From positions 132,728-196,727 of the forward strand of contig CAVUKA010000008.1 in assembly GCA_963741945.1 (NCBI GenBank): a stretch of 64,000 bases of DNA. The letters run 5' to 3'. A model generated the notes under the pieces. It was not told the DNA's origin. It saw nothing but the letters and a program-made list of their open reading frames with translations, and ran no database searches. The translations under genes were made by a program, and so were the position numbers. The stretch is from an uncultured Gemmatimonadales bacterium (lineage in GTDB: Bacteria; Gemmatimonadota; Gemmatimonadetes; Longimicrobiales; RSA9). Shown here piece by piece: positions 62,898 through 64,000 of this stretch (position 1 is its first letter; every line of letters begins with the position of its first letter).

Positions 62898-63816
62898 CAG
62901 CGCCCTCTTCCGGAACGTGGTATCCCAGGCGACGGAGTGACGCCGCCTTCTTCCGCCAGCCTGGCAACGGCTTCACCCAGAGGTCAAGGTAAACGCGCTC
63001 GCCCACGAACGCCTCGATCTTTTCCCGGGAGCGCATCCCGAGGCGCTTGATGGCCGCGCCCGACTTGCCGATCAGGATCCCCTTCTGACTCGCTCGCTCC
63101 ACGTACACCTGCGCGCGGATGTACACGGGCACCTCCGATTCCCGATACTCCTCCACCCGTACAACGCTCGAGTACGGGATTTCCTGCTCGTACTCCTCGA
63201 AGATCGTCTCGCGGATCAGCTCGGCCACGAAGAATCGGACGGGCTGCGCCGCCATGTCCTCCGCCGGATACAGAAAAGGCGAGAGCGGGAGCCCCTGCTC
63301 CAGCGTCGAGCCCAGCGGCTCAAGCCCTTCTCCGGTGAGCGCCGAGACACGGTGAGGCTCCCGGCCCAGGGAAGCCCGACTCCATGAGACCAGCCGGTCC
63401 ACCGCCGCGGCATCCGCCGCGTCCACCTTGTTGATGGCCACGTGCAACGCGTCCCCGCGCGCCCGCAGCCGCTCCAGCGCCTCCCCCTCGGGCACCGGCG
63501 CATCCGCGCGCGTCGGGTCCAGGAGCAGCAACACCACGTCCGCGTCCGCGATCGCCATCAGCGCTTCCGACAGCATCGACTTCTGCAGCAGATAGCGCGG
63601 CTCGAGCAGGCCCGGCGTGTCCACGAACACCATCTGCACCGAGTCTTCCGTAAGGATCCCGAGCACCCGCTCGCGCGTGGTCTGCTCCCGGGCCGTCACG
63701 ATGCTCAGCTTCTCACCGATGAGCGCGTTCAGCAGCGTGGACTTCCCCACGTTCGGCCGCCCCACGAGCGCCACCAGCCCCGCCCGCGTCCCTGCACCCT
63801 CTTGCTCTCGTTCCAT
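62887..63816 (-). CDS. era: GTPase Era
   Basis: GRPNVGKSTLLN, QTTR, DTPG, NKVD, QEIPYS, SQKGILIGK, VYLDLWVK. Confidence 0.96.
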   Translation of the reverse strand: MEREQEGAGTRAGLVALVGRPNVGKSTLLNALIGEKLSIVTAREQTTRERVLGILTEDSVQMVFVDTPGLLEPRYLLQKSMLSEALMAIADADVVLLLLDPTRADAPVPEGEALERLRARGDALHVAINKVDAADAAAVDRLVSWSRASLGREPHRVSALTGEGLEPLGSTLEQGLPLSPFLYPAEDMAAQPVRFFVAELIRETIFEEYEQEIPYSSVVRVEEYRESEVPVYIRAQVYVERASQKGILIGKSGAAIKRLGMRSREKIEAFVGERVYLDLWVKPLPGWRKKAASLRRLGYHVPEEGADAR

Positions 63817-63952
63817 GCTCCCAATCTAGGCTGTCCCGACCCGCCCCGCCTCCCCGGACCTCATGAAAACCGCGGCACGCCGGTCCAGATCTGACCGGGC
63901 GGCGCTCCCGGGACTCCGGGGTTCCCGCGTCGGTGGGGTGGGGTGGTGTGGG

Positions 63953-63997
63953 AAAAAAGAGAGCCGCCCCGGCACACCGGGGTGTGCGGGGCGGCTC
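63953..63997 (-). terminator. Intrinsic terminator of an upstream (out-of-window) minus-strand transcript
   Basis: Long GC stem (GAGCCGCCCC / GGGGCGGCTC plus GCACACC / GGTGTGC), followed on the minus strand by TCTTTTTT. Confidence 0.75.
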
Positions 63998-64000
63998 GAT

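Noticed and set aside
63932-63952. G-tract (possible G-quadruplex) upstream of era
   Set aside because: The tracts are irregular and unremarkable at this GC content.

Overview
High-GC bacterial chromosomal window. Gene content and order suggest a diderm of the Gemmatimonadota type (inference, not verifiable here). It is almost entirely core or envelope genes, and every gene after about 6.6 kb is on the minus strand. From left to right: partial tamB, a GntR / GWxTD divergent pair, an outer-membrane protein, lgt, a complete cytochrome c maturation operon (ccmABCDEFGH), a TPM-nucleotidyltransferase-LemA-OMP cluster and tRNA-Arg(CCT). Next come DUF512-der-plsY-gpsA-merR-surE-pcm-yqaA, a multi-zinc-finger protein, a TPR lipoprotein, larC, gltX, uvrC and murJ. 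A tightly coupled run of about 22.6 kb follows: prfB (+1 frameshift)-lysS-lolE-lolD-mcsA-mcsB-clpC-bamA-skp-lpxD-lpxC/fabZ-lpxA-gnnA-like-small ORF-lpxB-DUF374-lpxK-nadB-rlmH-bshC. The window ends with a pseudo-receiver diguanylate cyclase plus a zinc-ribbon/RomX-like protein, and era-trm112-porV-hypothetical-rnr. I see no mobile element, prophage or CRISPR array. The best candidates for undescribed biology are: (i) the DGC plus zinc-ribbon/RomX-like operon, (ii) the LemA-NTase-TPM module, (iii) the arginine-kinase/ClpC module wired into the outer-membrane biogenesis operon, (iv) the unusual lipid A cluster with an unannotated 44-aa membrane protein, and (v) a possible frameshift-bypassing upstream start for prfB. 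All product calls come from motif recognition by eye; no database search was run.
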